Assembly: GCF_018350175.1 (NCBI RefSeq)
Contig: NC_058368.1
Coordinates: 170,130,001 to 170,194,000 of the forward strand
Source of the DNA: Felis catus
Taxonomy: Eukaryota
DNA length: 64,000 nt
Direction of reading: 5' to 3'
The translations under genes were made by a program, and so were the position numbers. Below the pieces are notes generated by a model. It made no database searches and had not been told where the DNA came from. It was given only the letters and a program-made list of their open reading frames with translations. Below, in pieces: positions 1-13,629 of the stretch; position 1 is the first letter of the stretch, and each line of letters begins with the position of its first letter.

Positions 1-1049
1 TGCTCCATTTGCTTGTTAAGAACCACGGAGCTATAAGTGTATTACCAGCAAAAATGTACAGAACTTAAACATTTCATGAAGAGGAGACTATCCTGTCTGC
101 ATTATTTTTAAAGTTAGATATGGTTATTTGGAATTTAATACTGTGGTTTCTTAGTAAAATTGCATTCAAAGTACAAAATTATGACAAAAGAATTCTACTT
201 ACAAATTACTATCGGAAATTTAGAGGTTCTATTTAAAACTTCTACAGTCATTTTGATAGTTCCATTCTGTAGTTCATTATAGGAAGAATTTCATTTACTG
301 CATACTAAAAATTAGGTGAGTATATTGAATTTACTTGTAGTGTATAATATTTAAGCTCTTTAACAATTCAAAATGATAGTGAATGCAGTTGTATTTCATA
401 AAAACAACTACTTTTTCATATCAAGCTTTGAATAAAGAAGCTGCAAATAATTTTAATGAATTGAAAATCATGAATAATGTTATTCATCTAGATTTTTGGA
501 TTAAAAAAGTATAAGTTTCATATATGCAAAGCCTTATTTTTTGACTTTGGTGGGGCATTTATAGAAACTGATTTAGGATGCCATCATGTGGTGTAATGAC
601 TATGTTCAAAAGGCAAAGGCATACAAGAGTAGAATATAGTTCTATTATAGCAATGCTACAGTTTTCTTAATAAAATTTAATTCTACTTAAGAATTTATGA
701 GAGTAGGTAGTTTAGATTAGAGGAAAAAACCTGTTCTTTCACAACCAGGTTCATAAGGGGAAATAGATACTATAAAATCAAAATCTTATAAACAACAGAG
801 TTAGGCTGATCTATAATCTTCCCCATTACCAAATTTAAGTGATTGGATGCAGCTATCAGATATTCTCAATTTCACAGGAAAGAGATTTTACTTTATCTCC
901 TTGGCTCTAAAGAATCTGATTCTATGTCACTCAGCTACTCTAAGAATAAAGAACATACAGGAAGAAACAATAAATCTTTTGATACTGAATATAACATACC
1001 TTCTCCTAAATATACTGAGTGCTGTGTCTTTGGTGGAAAACCAACAAGA

Positions 1050-1175
1050 GGTTTGGAGTCATGAGATCTGGCTATCAACTTTCTGATTGCTCACTGGTAA
1101 ATCATTTAATTTACTAGGCCTCAGTTCCTTCATTTGTCAAATAAAGGGTTTGGAGTCAATGTATCTATGATCTCC
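1050..1175 (+). mobile_element. MIR SINE fragment
   Basis: MIR core-like: ggtaaatcatttaatttactaggcctcagttccttcatttgtcaaataaaggg. Confidence 0.6.
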
Positions 1176-1585
1176 AAATCAATAATGCTTCTGCAGTTTC
1201 ACTTTCCCTCACACTTTAAAAAAAGCTTTATGTATCAACACCAACTATAAATTAATAAAAGAAAATTGAAAAACAATGGGAAAAATAAAGACACTGAGAA
1301 CTGAAGCACAATTCAGTGTACAAAGGCAGTAAAATTAAGTCATAAAGTGTTTTCTAAGACTATAAATATTATATATTTCACAGAAGGAGAAGATGAACAT
1401 GAAGACTTGAGGACTCTCAGCAGCTTTATGAGGATGTGAAACTTGAATTGGGCATAGAAAATAGGATTTAGGTAGATTTGCATGGAGGAGCATTCCAAGT
1501 GAGTGCAGGAGAATAAGCAAAAGGAAGACAAGCCAACAATGGAAACAAGTAAACAATTAAAGAGACAAGGATTCTGTACACTAAC

Positions 1586-1924
1586 TGCTATAGACTGAAT
1601 GTTTGTGTTGTTCCCTTTAAAATTCTTATGTTGAAATCTAATCCCCAATGTGATGGTATTTGGAGATGGAACCTTTGGGACATGAGTAGGTAATAAGAGA
1701 TTCATGCCCTTAAAAGAGATCCCACAGAGCAATCTTGCCCTTTGTGCCATGTCTGAAGAACATGTCTGGCTATAAACCAGGAAACAGGCACTCTCTAGAT
1801 GTCAAATCTGTCAGCACCTTGATCTTGAACTTCCCATCTTCCAGAAATATGGAAAAGAAATGTTTGTTGTTTAAGCCACCAAGTCTATGGTAGTCTGTTA
1901 CAGCAACTCAGGTGGAATATGACA
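1586..1924 (+). mobile_element. MaLR solo LTR (MLT1A-like)
   Basis: TG...CA termini (tgctatagactgaatg...atatgaca), typical internal motifs (ccccaatgtgatggtatttggag; ttgtttaagccacc), 5-bp TSD ctaac/ctaat. Confidence 0.85.
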
Positions 1925-2684
1925 CTAATCAAATATATTTGATCTAATCTGAAGGGTATTTTTTTCACATAGAAATCCCTATTTTCAGCTTCTCTTAGAA
2001 GTGGGATATCTGGCAACATTGGCCCATAGATCCCTATACGCCAAAAGCTGGTGAGGTTGAAATTTTACATTATGCATGTTTTTACCAATCTGCCTCATTT
2101 TCCAGAACTCTCTATTATTTCCCCATGCTAGCTGGCTTTACACATTTATGTTATTTGCTAGGCCTACAGGCACTAATTTGTTGAGTATGCAACCCCTGGA
2201 TATAAAGTCGCATAAACCAAGGTAAAGAGAATGAGAAGACAGTTAGAAAAAAGAGTGGGTACTTTCAGTGTCTGATAACAATTTAAATGCATCTATTTTA
2301 TAAAACCTAAGTTAAAGACTCTCTAAGTATCATAAATTACAGAGTATATATAAAATAAGGTATCACCAAATTTAAAGCTTTTAGATTCCCTCATCTAATA
2401 AAATGAATTTCATATTAAAGAAGAAAATAATGTCTGTTTTTGTCAATAAACCATGTCCCTATAATCATATCACTTGATTCAACATAAGAATGAAGAAGCC
2501 AATGACCGAAGTGACTGTAAAAAATTAATAGGCTGATAATCTCACTGTACAGAGTTTATACATATCTAGATCATATGACTTGCTAAACCCTGTATGGTTC
2601 AGAATCTTCCTCAGCTGTTTTCATAAGGGAGCTTTGAAATTTTTTAAAACACCATTTTTCCAATTCAAGTTCTTGGCATAACAA

Positions 2685-5045
2685 AGAAGTTTAATTTGAA
2701 TTAACCTCTCAGAAATGACAATCATTAACTCTGGATAAGATATAAAAACCAACTATTTAAAGGCATTGGAGAGCAACCAAAAGTAGGCAAACAGAAGGGA
2801 GCTGAACTCTTGAAAGTAAGAGAATACAACTGGGTGATATCAACATTTATGTAACTTCTCTTGAGGGCACACTGCAGCCTTTCAAAACTCAGAATAGCTA
2901 ATACTCAAGGAAAATCTTCAGATGTATTGCTTTAGGTGTCAGAGGATGGAGGTTGAGGCTGCTATAGTGGCTAGAAATTAACAGAGGGAATCCCAGAAAG
3001 CTGGGCACCATAAAGGATGGAAGCCTGAAAATCTGTGTACAAAGCCCATTCCAATTCTTGGATAAACCACTAACTGTACACATATGGAAGAGATTCTAAA
3101 GAGCAGAATGATAAGTAGCAGCTGAAGTCTGATGGACTATGCAGAAATCTAAGCTGATCATTGCAGGGAAATTTGGAATTTACATACTGCTAAGTCTGAA
3201 GAGGTTGGCAAAAATTTGTTAACTGGCCATTAAACTTCAAAACAACCAACCTCAGGAATAAAGAAGTTTCAGTACTAAGGAATGTTTCCTTAGACTAAGG
3301 GCTATGTTGTAACAGGCCCTTCTAATAAAGTGAAAACCAAAGCTCCACAAGTTCAACATGATCATCCAACAATTAAATTCCTAGCACTAACAAAACTCAA
3401 AACTCTTCACAGGGAGTTAACAGAATCCAGAGTCTCTACAATGTTCTTACATTTTATATGAAGTGGTACAATACTAAGGAGACTTTGATATGTTAAGGAT
3501 GCATATTATAATACCTTAAACAACTATCAAATAACATAAAAGTATGACCAAAAAGGCCAATAGATTATATAAAATGGAATAGTAAAACATATTCCAATAA
3601 CTCAAAATACAGCAGGAAAGGAGGAAGAGGGAGGAAAAGATGCAACCTATGAGAAACAAACAGAAAAATTGGTAGCAGTAAATCCAGGCATAGCAATATT
3701 TAATTTAAATTTACAGGAACAATGGGAAAAAAGAGAGAGAGAGAGAGAGAGAGAGACAGAGGGAGACAAACCAAGAAACAGACTCAACTATAAAGAAGAA
3801 ATTAAAGGTTACCAGAGGAGAGTTGGGTGGGGGGATGGGTGAAATAGGCCTTGGCGATTAAGGAGTATATTTGTGTAATGAGCACTGGGTGATGTATGGA
3901 ATTGTTGAATCACTATATTGTATTACTTAAGCCAATATAACACTGTTTGTTAACTATACTGGAGTTAAAATAAAATTAAAAATTAAAACCTTTTATATTG
4001 TAATGAAAGAAAAAAAGAAAAATTTCAACTGGAAACTAAAAAAAACTTCTTAAATTTAAATGGAGAAAAGATTCCAATTAAAAGGCAAAAAATGTCAAAC
4101 TAGATTTTTAAAAAAATAACCATATGCTATCTTCAAGATATGTATCTTAGATTTAAAAACACAGATAAGGTGAAAGAAAATGAGTGGGAAAAATATAGAA
4201 TATATATCATAAAAAGGCAAGCATTAAAAAGATAGTGTGGAAATATTAATACCAGACCATGTAGATTTTCAGGCAAGGGAGATTAACCAGAAGTAAAGAG
4301 AGACATTGATCAATTCCCCAGGAAACATTGAAATGATAAATGTATGGTACTTAATAGGAGAGATACAACAAACACAAAGCTAACTCCACAGGATAAAGGT
4401 GTGATATAGTCAAATCTATAATCATAATTAGAGATTTTTACACCAATCTCTAACAGATATAAAAATATTAATTTTAATGTAATTAAATGAAAAAGTTTTA
4501 ATTGTACTATCAACAATTTAATTGTACTATCAACTTTGAGCTAATTTGACATTTATAGAACCATACACACAACTGCAGAATGCATACTGTTTTCAAGTAT
4601 TTTCAAGAATGCACCTGGCATATTTACCAATATAGATCAAATGTTTGAGCATAAAAAAAATCCCATTAAATTTTAAAGAGTGAAATTTCACAAAGTATGA
4701 CCTCTAATAATGGAATAAAATTGTAAATGAATAAATATATCTATAAACCCCCACAGATTTTGAAATTAAAAAAGAATTCTAAATAACCATGATTCAAAGA
4801 ACAAATCACAAGAACAATAAGAAAATATTTTGCACTGAGTTAATGAAAATACATCTCAAAGCAGAGTTTAGAGGGAAATTTGTGGCTTTGAAGACACCTT
4901 AGAAAAACTAAGAATTTTTAAATGAATGCCTAGGCTTCTAATTTAAAAAGCTAAAAAAAAAGAGACAACCTATAGCCAAAGTAAATAGGAGGAAAAATAA
5001 ATAAGGAAATAGACAATCATCTAAGAAAAACAAAATAAAAAAATC
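2685..5045 (+). mobile_element. Old L1M fragments (5' region, ORF1 end, ORF2 endonuclease region), heavily degraded
   Basis: A-rich plus strand with remnants of L1 ORF2 motifs (attccaattaaaaggcaaaa; gacatttatagaac; aataaccatgattcaaaga). Confidence 0.65.
3714..4045 (+). mobile_element. Carnivore L1 3'-UTR fragment nested in the older L1
   Basis: gatgggtgaaatagg...gagcactgggtgatgtatggaattgttgaatcactata...A-rich tail. Confidence 0.8.
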
Positions 5046-5305
5046 TATGGTATAATGATACTGAATAGTCACAGAAGTACATTGAAGGCTAAAGGCTAGG
5101 CAAGGGAACAACCCACACGTAAAGGACAGCTCACTCACTGCTGCATTGTGGGGCTGAAAAGGACACTTAGGGAGGTGAAATCTCCACACTCATTGTGTTC
5201 TGCAATCACAAGCCCTTCTAGACATTTAAGTAGTTCTTTAAATGTGCAGAGAATTCTGATCACTTTTCTAAATTCTTATAAACTGGTTAAAATACAAGAA
5301 TTGAA

Positions 5306-5504
5306 ACTTAACCAAAGACCATGGCGGGAGGGAGGGAGAAAAAAAATAGATACCAACAGAGAGGGAGGGAGGAAAACCACAAGAGACTCTTAAAATACAG
5401 AGAACTGAAGGTGGACGGGGATGGGGGTGGGGGAATGAGTGATGGGCACTTGTCGGGATGAGCACTGGGTGTTGTATGTAAGCCAATTTGGCAATAAATT
5501 ATAC
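5306..5504 (+). mobile_element. 5'-truncated felid L1 3' end
   Basis: gagcactgggtgttgtatgtaagccaatttggcaataaa, flanked by ~17-bp TSD aaaa(t/a)acaagaattgaa (5289-5305 / 5505-5521). Confidence 0.88.
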
Positions 5505-7259
5505 AAAAAACAAGAATTGAATGGTGTGGCTTGTTTGCAAATCATTCTTCATCTGGTTTATAAGAATATGCATTTTATTTCTGGAATAAAGTTATGCATT
5601 ATATTCCACTAAAATTTTCTCCAAATAAAGTGACTTTCTTCCCATTGTTTCTAGGGCTCTTGCAAGCACAAATGAGTGAAAATAGTGCTCTGAATACCTT
5701 TTACTGCTTACAGTGGAAGAGAAAAAAAAAAACATCTGCCTTCTGTTGTACTATACTGCACCAAATAAAAATGCTGAAGGAGCCCTTGAGCTAAAGATAA
5801 ATAATAATCTAAAGCATTAAACTCTTTGAAGATAAAATATTGGCATCTAATCTATTAATTAGCTTCTGTTTATATAGGAATTGCAAGAGAAAAGTAGAAT
5901 GTAAATACTAATTAGTCTTACTATAATTAATCATTATACTTCTTTATCCTTATGATAATGTTATATAACCCTTAAGAGGACATTATGATGACATTTTTAA
6001 GTATAATCAAGGACAAAAACTTTTGAGTGCCTACATTACAAGGTTAAAGAATAGCTTTTCATGAGACCAATCCATCTCAGGCAGGTGTAGCCTTAGGATG
6101 AACGCCGCATACACAGCCATTTTAAGGGTCCTTATGGTGGATGTAACTTAAGGAAAGAAAGGCCTTCCAGATCCCAAATAGCCCCCACATGATTTGGCTA
6201 TGTTCCTGGAATTTCCCCCATTAAAAATTCATTCTTTAGGGTCAATGGCTTTCAGACCTTCAAGAGACCTCTATGAAATTTTCAGTAACTGTTGGAAGAG
6301 AAACCCCTTAAGACATTGTAAACTAACATCTCAAGAATCATTGGTTGAAGCTAACAAAGTACACAAGAGGCATTTGTGGGAAACAAGCACAGTCAGAAGT
6401 GGGAGAGAGTTCTAGCTAATTTGCATAGGCTGAATCCGTACTGAGAATATATTATAGGCAATTTTTGTTTAGTTTTTAATAGGGCTCTATTGAATTATTC
6501 TATAGCTAGTAGAATAATCTCAGAGTCTACAGTGTAAAAAGTGTATAAAATAAACTGCAGAATTGAAATCACTATCAAAATGGCAATTTTCCTTGCTTAC
6601 TGCTTGAAATTTTGTGGTAACAGGAAAAGAGATGAGTACCAGAAAAATGCATTCTGTTATTGCCATTGTTGGGACAGCAAATATCTTAAGTATAAAAAAA
6701 CATAAATGGTTACTAGGACATAATTTCTTTCTAAATTTGTGAGTGTGTGTTTTGTTTTTGCTATCAACTCCCTATAGACTGTATGTATTTATGTGTGTAT
6801 GTATGTGTATGATTTTTAAACAAATTAAGTACATGAAAATATCTACATGAAAGCAAAACACCTAAAACTAAAGACCAACTTCCAAAGTCTGACGTTTAAG
6901 ATTATCATAATTAAAAAATCGGAATATCATAAATATTATTCTATTCTTATGCCAATCCCATTGACTGAGTTGATCAAATGTTGCCCTCATCAGGCCAGAA
7001 ATGGTTTACCAGCCAATTTCTGCAGTTTCCAGGAGCTGAAACTATGGCTGGTTAATACAGCTGTAGATGCAAATGGGAATTTCAGTCAGTGATTGGGAAG
7101 GATGAGTCCTATCAAAGGAATTTTCAACAGACATTTAGCATAAACGCAGGTCATTTTCAAGTCAAGCTTTAAATCTTGAAAAGGGGATAAAAGGAGTAAG
7201 AGCAATGTCAATTTAATTCAGCCCTCACCTTCCGACCAAAATCTGTTCTCTTTAAAGGT

Positions 7260-7765
7260 AAATTGGCTCTGTTATGCCTCTGGTTAAAACCTTCCAGTGA
7301 CTTCCTTTTGCACTGGAATGAAACCTGAATGAATTCCTTATCTGGACTGACAGCCTGTAAGACCTGGTTGCAGTGACAATTTCACCTGCTCCCCTCACTC
7401 ATTACCCTGCAACCACACTGACCATCTTTTTAGTTACCACTTGTAGTAAATCCTTGCCTGTCCCTGGGACTCACTATTCCCTCTGCCTATACTCTCTCTT
7501 ACAAGGCATGCTTATTCTCCTCCAGCAGGTCTCTGCCCACAACAAAAATAAACATAAAAATCTCTGCTCATAGAGATTTTCCTAGTCCTCCAGTTCTTCT
7601 GATCTTATCACCTAATTTCACTCATGGGTCTTAAAATAATCTGTAATTATCTCATTTGTTTACTGATTTATCTGTCCACTATCTTAGATTATAAACTGCA
7701 TGAAGGTAAAAGGCCTATTTGTCAAATCACCACTCTACGTCCAGTGCTTAGCACTGTGCCTGGTC
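7260..7765 (+). mobile_element. L2 3' fragment
   Basis: aaaaccttccagtgacttcc ... agattataaactgcatgaagg ... ccagtgcttagcactgtgcctgg. Confidence 0.7.
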
Positions 7766-7884
7766 TACCAAAAAGATTTCAGCTCTGTTCAGCTTCCTAC
7801 TATTTTTACCAAGAAGCTTAGCTAAAGTTCCTTTGACAGCGAGACTGTCCTGTCTCAAATGTCAATTTGTTTTCTTTCTTGGAT

Positions 7885-8190
7885 CAGGTGGAAACCGTGG
7901 AAGTAGTGAAAGACCTGGGAAATATTTTGAAGGTAGAGACTACGGGGTTGTCTGACAGCATACAATCTGAGTGAGTTTAGACCCCAATGATGGTTACAAG
8001 ATCTCAATTAACAGAAGGATGAGTTTTCCATTTACTGAGAAAATAAGGGAATGGGCCGATTTGGGTCGGAAAAAGAAGAGTGAAAGTTTGGTACATTAAA
8101 TTTGAGATGCTTGTAAGACCATCTAGATGAAAATAACATGTAGGTGGCTGTATACCTGAGTACAGAATTCAAGGGAAAAATAAAGCTGCT
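7885..8190 (-). mobile_element. L2 fragment
   Basis: Reverse L2 motifs: tattttgaaggtagag; tttggtacattaaatttgagatgc. Confidence 0.65.
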
Positions 8191-9249
8191 AAGGGACCAA
8201 GAGGCCAACATAAAAATGCTCATCATTTTGAACCTCATGAATGTAACTGAATGATTTCACTTTTCATCCATATATGTCTGCTACACACACCCAGATCCTC
8301 ATTTGTTCAAGTTTGCATAGATTGAAATTCTATGGGATAGATTTGGCCAAGATCTGTGTTCTTCTCTATAAGCTCATTCTTCTAGCCATACAAAAAGCAT
8401 ACCTTAAATTTTGCTGCTGAATCCATAGCAAATGTTTTTCCTTCACCTTATCTTCTAGTTTCAAAACACTAACCTGTGTGGTTGTCAAATGACCGAGCAT
8501 TAAATGGAGCTGTGAGACTTTTTTCTTTTTTAGAGGAAAATGATGCCCTTGACTTCTATACCCAAGCACCCTTGAAATTATATGAGAACATTGGAAAAGT
8601 GATGCTTTGTTGGTTTTTTTTTCCTTTATTCTCCCTGTTTGTTGTTTGCAAGTCATACAATGTATTCCTTGGAATACCTTGGCAGCTTATAAACCTAAAC
8701 CATTCAGGCCATTTACAAGCATTAAACAAGACGTATATGTGCAGCTATAAATGAAAACAGTTATTTGTCTATCTTTACTTGTAACAGTCACTTAAGAGAG
8801 TGTCATTTTAATTATTCTTAGTTTTGGCACTAGTCTTCATCTTATAATGTGGATATTTTACTATCCTCTATCAAAACTCTCCTTTGAGATATAGAGCTAA
8901 AGAATACCAATCGGAAAAAAATAAATATGGAAGATATTTTAATATAGTTGCTTGAGCAGAGGAGAGTGGTTCCTTGTAACTTTAAAATGATGGGTTTTCA
9001 ACATGAGATACTGATGCTGGGGTAGGAGAGAGCGTGGCTGTAGTTCAAAGGTAATACAAAAATTACCACATAAGTATGACTAGGCATTTATTTTCATACA
9101 AGAATTCCTAAAGATTTTAGTTCAAGAAAGTTAACAAAATTTTAGTTGATTCCAACCATAAACCCTTTGAAGAAAGTCAGTTTCAACTATTAGAGTGTTG
9201 CTGCATCTCTATGAAAATTATGGAAGTTTTCCAAAACCATACTGAGAAA

Positions 9250-9395
9250 GAGGATATCTTGGGTTCTTATCCCAAGTCGGCTGCCTTGTTCCTGGTCTTC
9301 TGAGTGACCTTGGGAAAGTCAGTTAACTTTGTGAAACCTTTGTTTCCTCAAATACTGGAAGAGCACTGGACCAAATGACTCCTATAGTTCTTCCA
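9250..9395 (+). mobile_element. MIR/MIR3 fragment
   Basis: gtgaccttgggaaagtcagttaac...tttcctca...ctggaccaaatgac. Confidence 0.6.
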
Positions 9396-9405
9396 TGGGA
9401 ATAGC

Positions 9406-9621
9406 TTTTTTTTTTTTAAGTGTATTTATTTTGACAGAGAATGTGAGCACACATGTGCGCAAATAGGGGAGGAGCAGAGAGAGAAGGAGAGAGAATCCCA
9501 AGCAGCTCCATGTTGTCAGTGCAGAGCCCCATGTGGGGCTTGATCTCCCCAACTGTGAGATCATGACATGAGCCAAATCAAGAGTCAGATGCTTAATGTA
9601 CTGAGCCACCCAGGCGCCCCC
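9406..9621 (-). mobile_element. CanSINE
   Basis: Poly-T, (GA)n, ends gagccacccaggcgcccc; TSD ggaat(a/g)gct. Confidence 0.93.
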
Positions 9622-12600
9622 TGGAATGGCTCTTGAAACTGATGATAGCTTTGGCTTGTTGGCCTCCTCATAGGTAGAAGTGAACTCCCCAGTTTCTAGC
9701 CTAAAACAAATCCTTGCAGTGGTCATGATGGTTTGCCGAGTAGAGGAAGTCAAGCAACATGACTTGCTAATCTGAATTATTTACACTGACCATAGGTTTA
9801 AGAAATAGGTCTGCAGTGCCTTTGGATGTTGTCAAACAGGCATGCTTAGATTCACATAATTATAGAGAATTAAACCATTCTCCTTTCTAAATATCTTCTG
9901 GAGTTTTGTTGCTTTTTGTTTGTTTGTTATTTCACTCAAATATCAGGGACACAGAGTGGTAATGAGGGAAAAACGAATGGTATGGGGAGGGGCCTGGTTG
10001 GTGCCACAGCTCTGCCCACTTGCATGCCCAAGTCAGACTTGCAAATCTAATTCCTTGAATTTCCTTATCATTAAAACATAGAGAGTGTTTACTGTTCTGG
10101 GCTTTGTTCACCCTCCCCGACTCCCTTATAGTAACCTGGGGGTTTTGTGTTTTGTTTTTAATTCTAGTAGAGTTAACATACAGTTTTATATTAATAGTAA
10201 CCTGTTTTTATCAAGGCAGTGCCAACCACAGTAATCTTTTGCAGTCCCAGCTATATCAAAAGACTAGAAGTTTACTTTCTATCACACCTTACAGATGCCA
10301 GTTGGTGTTAAATTGACCTAGTTTTTTTTACCACAATCTTACCTGGTGTTTTTCTGGTTTGCTTGTGTGTTTGGGATTTTTGTGGTTTTGTTTGTTTGTT
10401 TGATGCAAGCCTGTTTTCCTTCAGATTAAATCTAGTTATTTTCTAAATCTACTTAAACTTGAACATAATAGTACATTTTATGGTCCATTTTACCCCTCAT
10501 CATTTTAGTCTCCAATAATCTAAATGCAAGTAGGCTGAAATAACAGAGGTGGTTGTCCACAAAACAGAGGGGAAATATGGCAATTATCCCACTGCTGTGA
10601 TGTACCGAGACAGCCAAAAAGGATCATTGAAGTCCTAAAGGGAATTTCAGGGGTCTGAAATACCCACTTTGGCTGTCTACATCAATCAAATTAACTGCAC
10701 TCTTGTCCCGTTCTCAGTCATGCAGTAATATATCACCACAATTAAAGGTGAACGATATGGAATGGCTGACAGTGAGCCTTGCTCAGCAACAGAGCATATG
10801 AACACCGAATAATTTCCATTTCTGATGACTGGAAACCCCATTGAGTCCCGGTTACATTAGAATGCATCCCTGAGTATGGGAAGAAAAGGGAGAAAATGCT
10901 TTTCTAAGAACTTTAGTGCTTCCATTTATTTAAGCACATTCCTTCCTAAATATACAGTGTTCTGTATATATATCATCCCAAAATACAATTATATTTTTCT
11001 TTTTCATAACCTCCAGCCAAATTACTACTACCTTGGGCCTATCACTTTATCACACTCCTCAATGTATGTGACCTAGTGGCAGTAAAACTCTCAAATATAG
11101 GGCTAACGTCACTGCTTCCTGAGCCAGGAGCGGAAGAATTTATAGTAATATTACCTATCTCAACTCATGTGCAATAAAGTGGATATTCTGGATATTCTAG
11201 CATCCAGAATTTAGAGAATTTCATAACATTGGGATTATTAATGGAGTAGAATAAGGAATTGAACAAGAGGGGGGGAAGGGAGATTGTGAATTATTTTCAT
11301 GGACTTTTTCCTTAAAATAAATTCACTTGTCATAACCTCTCCCTGCTTGATATCATTATGTTTAATATGCCCTTGATTCTTTGGCCAGCTATGTTTAGGA
11401 CTCTGTGTGGAAGCAAGGGCTATTTGATGACTGAGGACAATTGGGATGAATATAGAGATGCTGGAACCTCTTCCCAAATGAAGCAGAGGAACCTGTGGGT
11501 AGATTTAGGGAGCCATGGCTTGTCGGGCTGTTTTGTCCCTACTCCTGCCACTTCCACTTCTCTGTCACCTCCTCCACCTTCATCAACACTACTGTAACAC
11601 ACTGATATGCTGAGCATATTTGCCAAGCCTTCAGTCTGGGCTAATGCAATTCATACTTGACATGCAGACTAGTGGCAAAGAGGTGCTGGCCCCGGGAGTG
11701 GGGTTAACCGCCCTGCTTCAGCCCACAGGCTTTGTCACCTCCAGACTCACCTCCCCAACCAGACATGGTCCTGTCAGGGAATGTGTCCCGAGTGCCAAAC
11801 AGAATTCACCATTTATTGTCCTTCCTATATCTTATCCATGGGCAGAAGGCGAACATTATAGAATTAAGATCCATAAGCATTTGGGAATTTGTAAGGAAGT
11901 GTAGGCTAGATTTTTTTAAGGCCTAGCCTTTAGACACACTCCTGAAAATCACTGCTGGCTGCATACATGCTATTTGTAGTTCAGCAAGAAAAAAAATCTA
12001 GTGCAGTTATTAGATGGGACTTTTTTGGGTACAATTCACTTATCACAAGCTCTCCTTGCTTGATATCAGTATGCTAATAGGTGGTTGACTTATCAGCCAG
12101 CTGTGTTTAGACTTCTGTGTGACAATATTGGTTTGCTCATGTAAATGGTTTAGTAAAATTATCATGCTAAAGATAGGCTTTTTCCTTTGAATAGCTTTAT
12201 GTAGGGGGAAAAAACGGAGGGAAAAAAATGTTGAGGGGACCACTCAACATTAGTTCTAGCTTGACAAGGCTCAGGTTAGTGAACTATTGTGAACAGCCAA
12301 GAATTTAGTGACATATCACTTCAAATATGATGGATGCTTAGTAATTACTGATCTTATATTGCAGTGACAGACTTGGCGTTGAAAGTGGAAGCTGTTCAGA
12401 ATGATAAATGGATGTGACAATTTATTAAAGATATAAGGCATGATTAGTGTTGGATGTAGATCTACCCTTTTAAGAAGGAGGTGAAAGATGAAAGGAAAAA
12501 AAATGAAAAGGGAATTTAGTTTGTGAGAATTAAAATTGGGGGAAGAACACTATCAGAAACACACAACAAATTTATAAACAAATGCAGATATTCTAGAAAC

Positions 12601-13629
12601 GTAGCAGCGCAATAGTTTGGAGATAATGAAGACATGCATGAAACAAGAGTCATGCAATTTTTATACATTCATGGTACCATTTCCCATTTTCCTGACTGGT
12701 ATTTTCCATCACACTCTTCTTTGGCATTGCTACTCTCTACTGGGATCCACAGTGCAGAACACCTCAAGCCTGTTTGGAGGATGTTTTGGACCAGCTCTGA
12801 GACCTCTGATTTCACTGCAGTTCTTGCCATGAACATTTTTACACAGTCTGGTTAACTTGTTAGGGCTGAGAAAGTTTTACTTTCTCAAATGAAAATGGAG
12901 GACATGAAATACTGATTCTAAAAGTGCTTATGGGGGGAAATTAATGCCCTATATACATATCTCTCCATCTTGTTTATAGATAAAATGGTAGAAGAGACAT
13001 ACTGTGCCATTGCTAATGACATAAATATATTTTTAACAAATCTTATCTCTAAAATAATCCGCAAGACTAGTAACAATTTTAAAAAGCCTGTAAGCCTGAG
13101 AAATAATCAGAAAGGCCGTTAGGTTTTGCTTCTATGTGACAATCTACCTCAAAATTTTCTTCATATTTTGGTGCCAATACTGATATTTCTTGATACATGC
13201 ACCTGTTTCATTGGAGAGTAGAAATTTGTCACTGCTGTGTACACATACATATACCTATATTATGAGCATTATACCATATTACTACCCTTCCTGACTAATG
13301 GATCTTTTCTACAAACCTGGAAAGCTTCACACACTGGTCAGGCACTTAATTTGTTTTCATTAGGTGGGTACTGCAAGTACTTTGAAAGTATGCTTCATAT
13401 TAGCATTTTTTTTTGCATTTGTATTTTTTTGTGCAGCAAGCACAAAATGCTGCTTAAAGATACCCAAAGAAGGAGATTCTATCACTATTTTAGTAGATGA
13501 CTTAAGAAACCATCCCTTATCTGCCCTTGATATCAACACCCCCATACACATAAAAGTTTCAAAAAGCATTACTGTACCATGCTCTACAGTTATCACAACC
13601 ATCCATAATTTTTTCTTAAGTTGTTTTAA

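Noticed and set aside
1340..1750. 136-aa ORF
   Set aside because: Largely the antisense reading of the MLT1A-like LTR.
4497..4534. Short tandem duplications (also ~41158-41186, ~42347-42377, ~58524-58551)
   Set aside because: Ordinary 12-20 bp slippage duplications of two copies each; no array or spacer structure, so not CRISPR-like.
8403..8473. Possible 71-nt cryptic minus-strand exon (cacag|...AAG|gtatgc)
   Set aside because: Weak polypyrimidine tract, no match to the recalled TMEM232 C-terminus, and a stop within four codons if spliced to the 32450 donor.
9382..9753. 123-aa ORF and similar GAWVAQSVK-type ORFs across the window
   Set aside because: Translations of CanSINE sequence, not genes.
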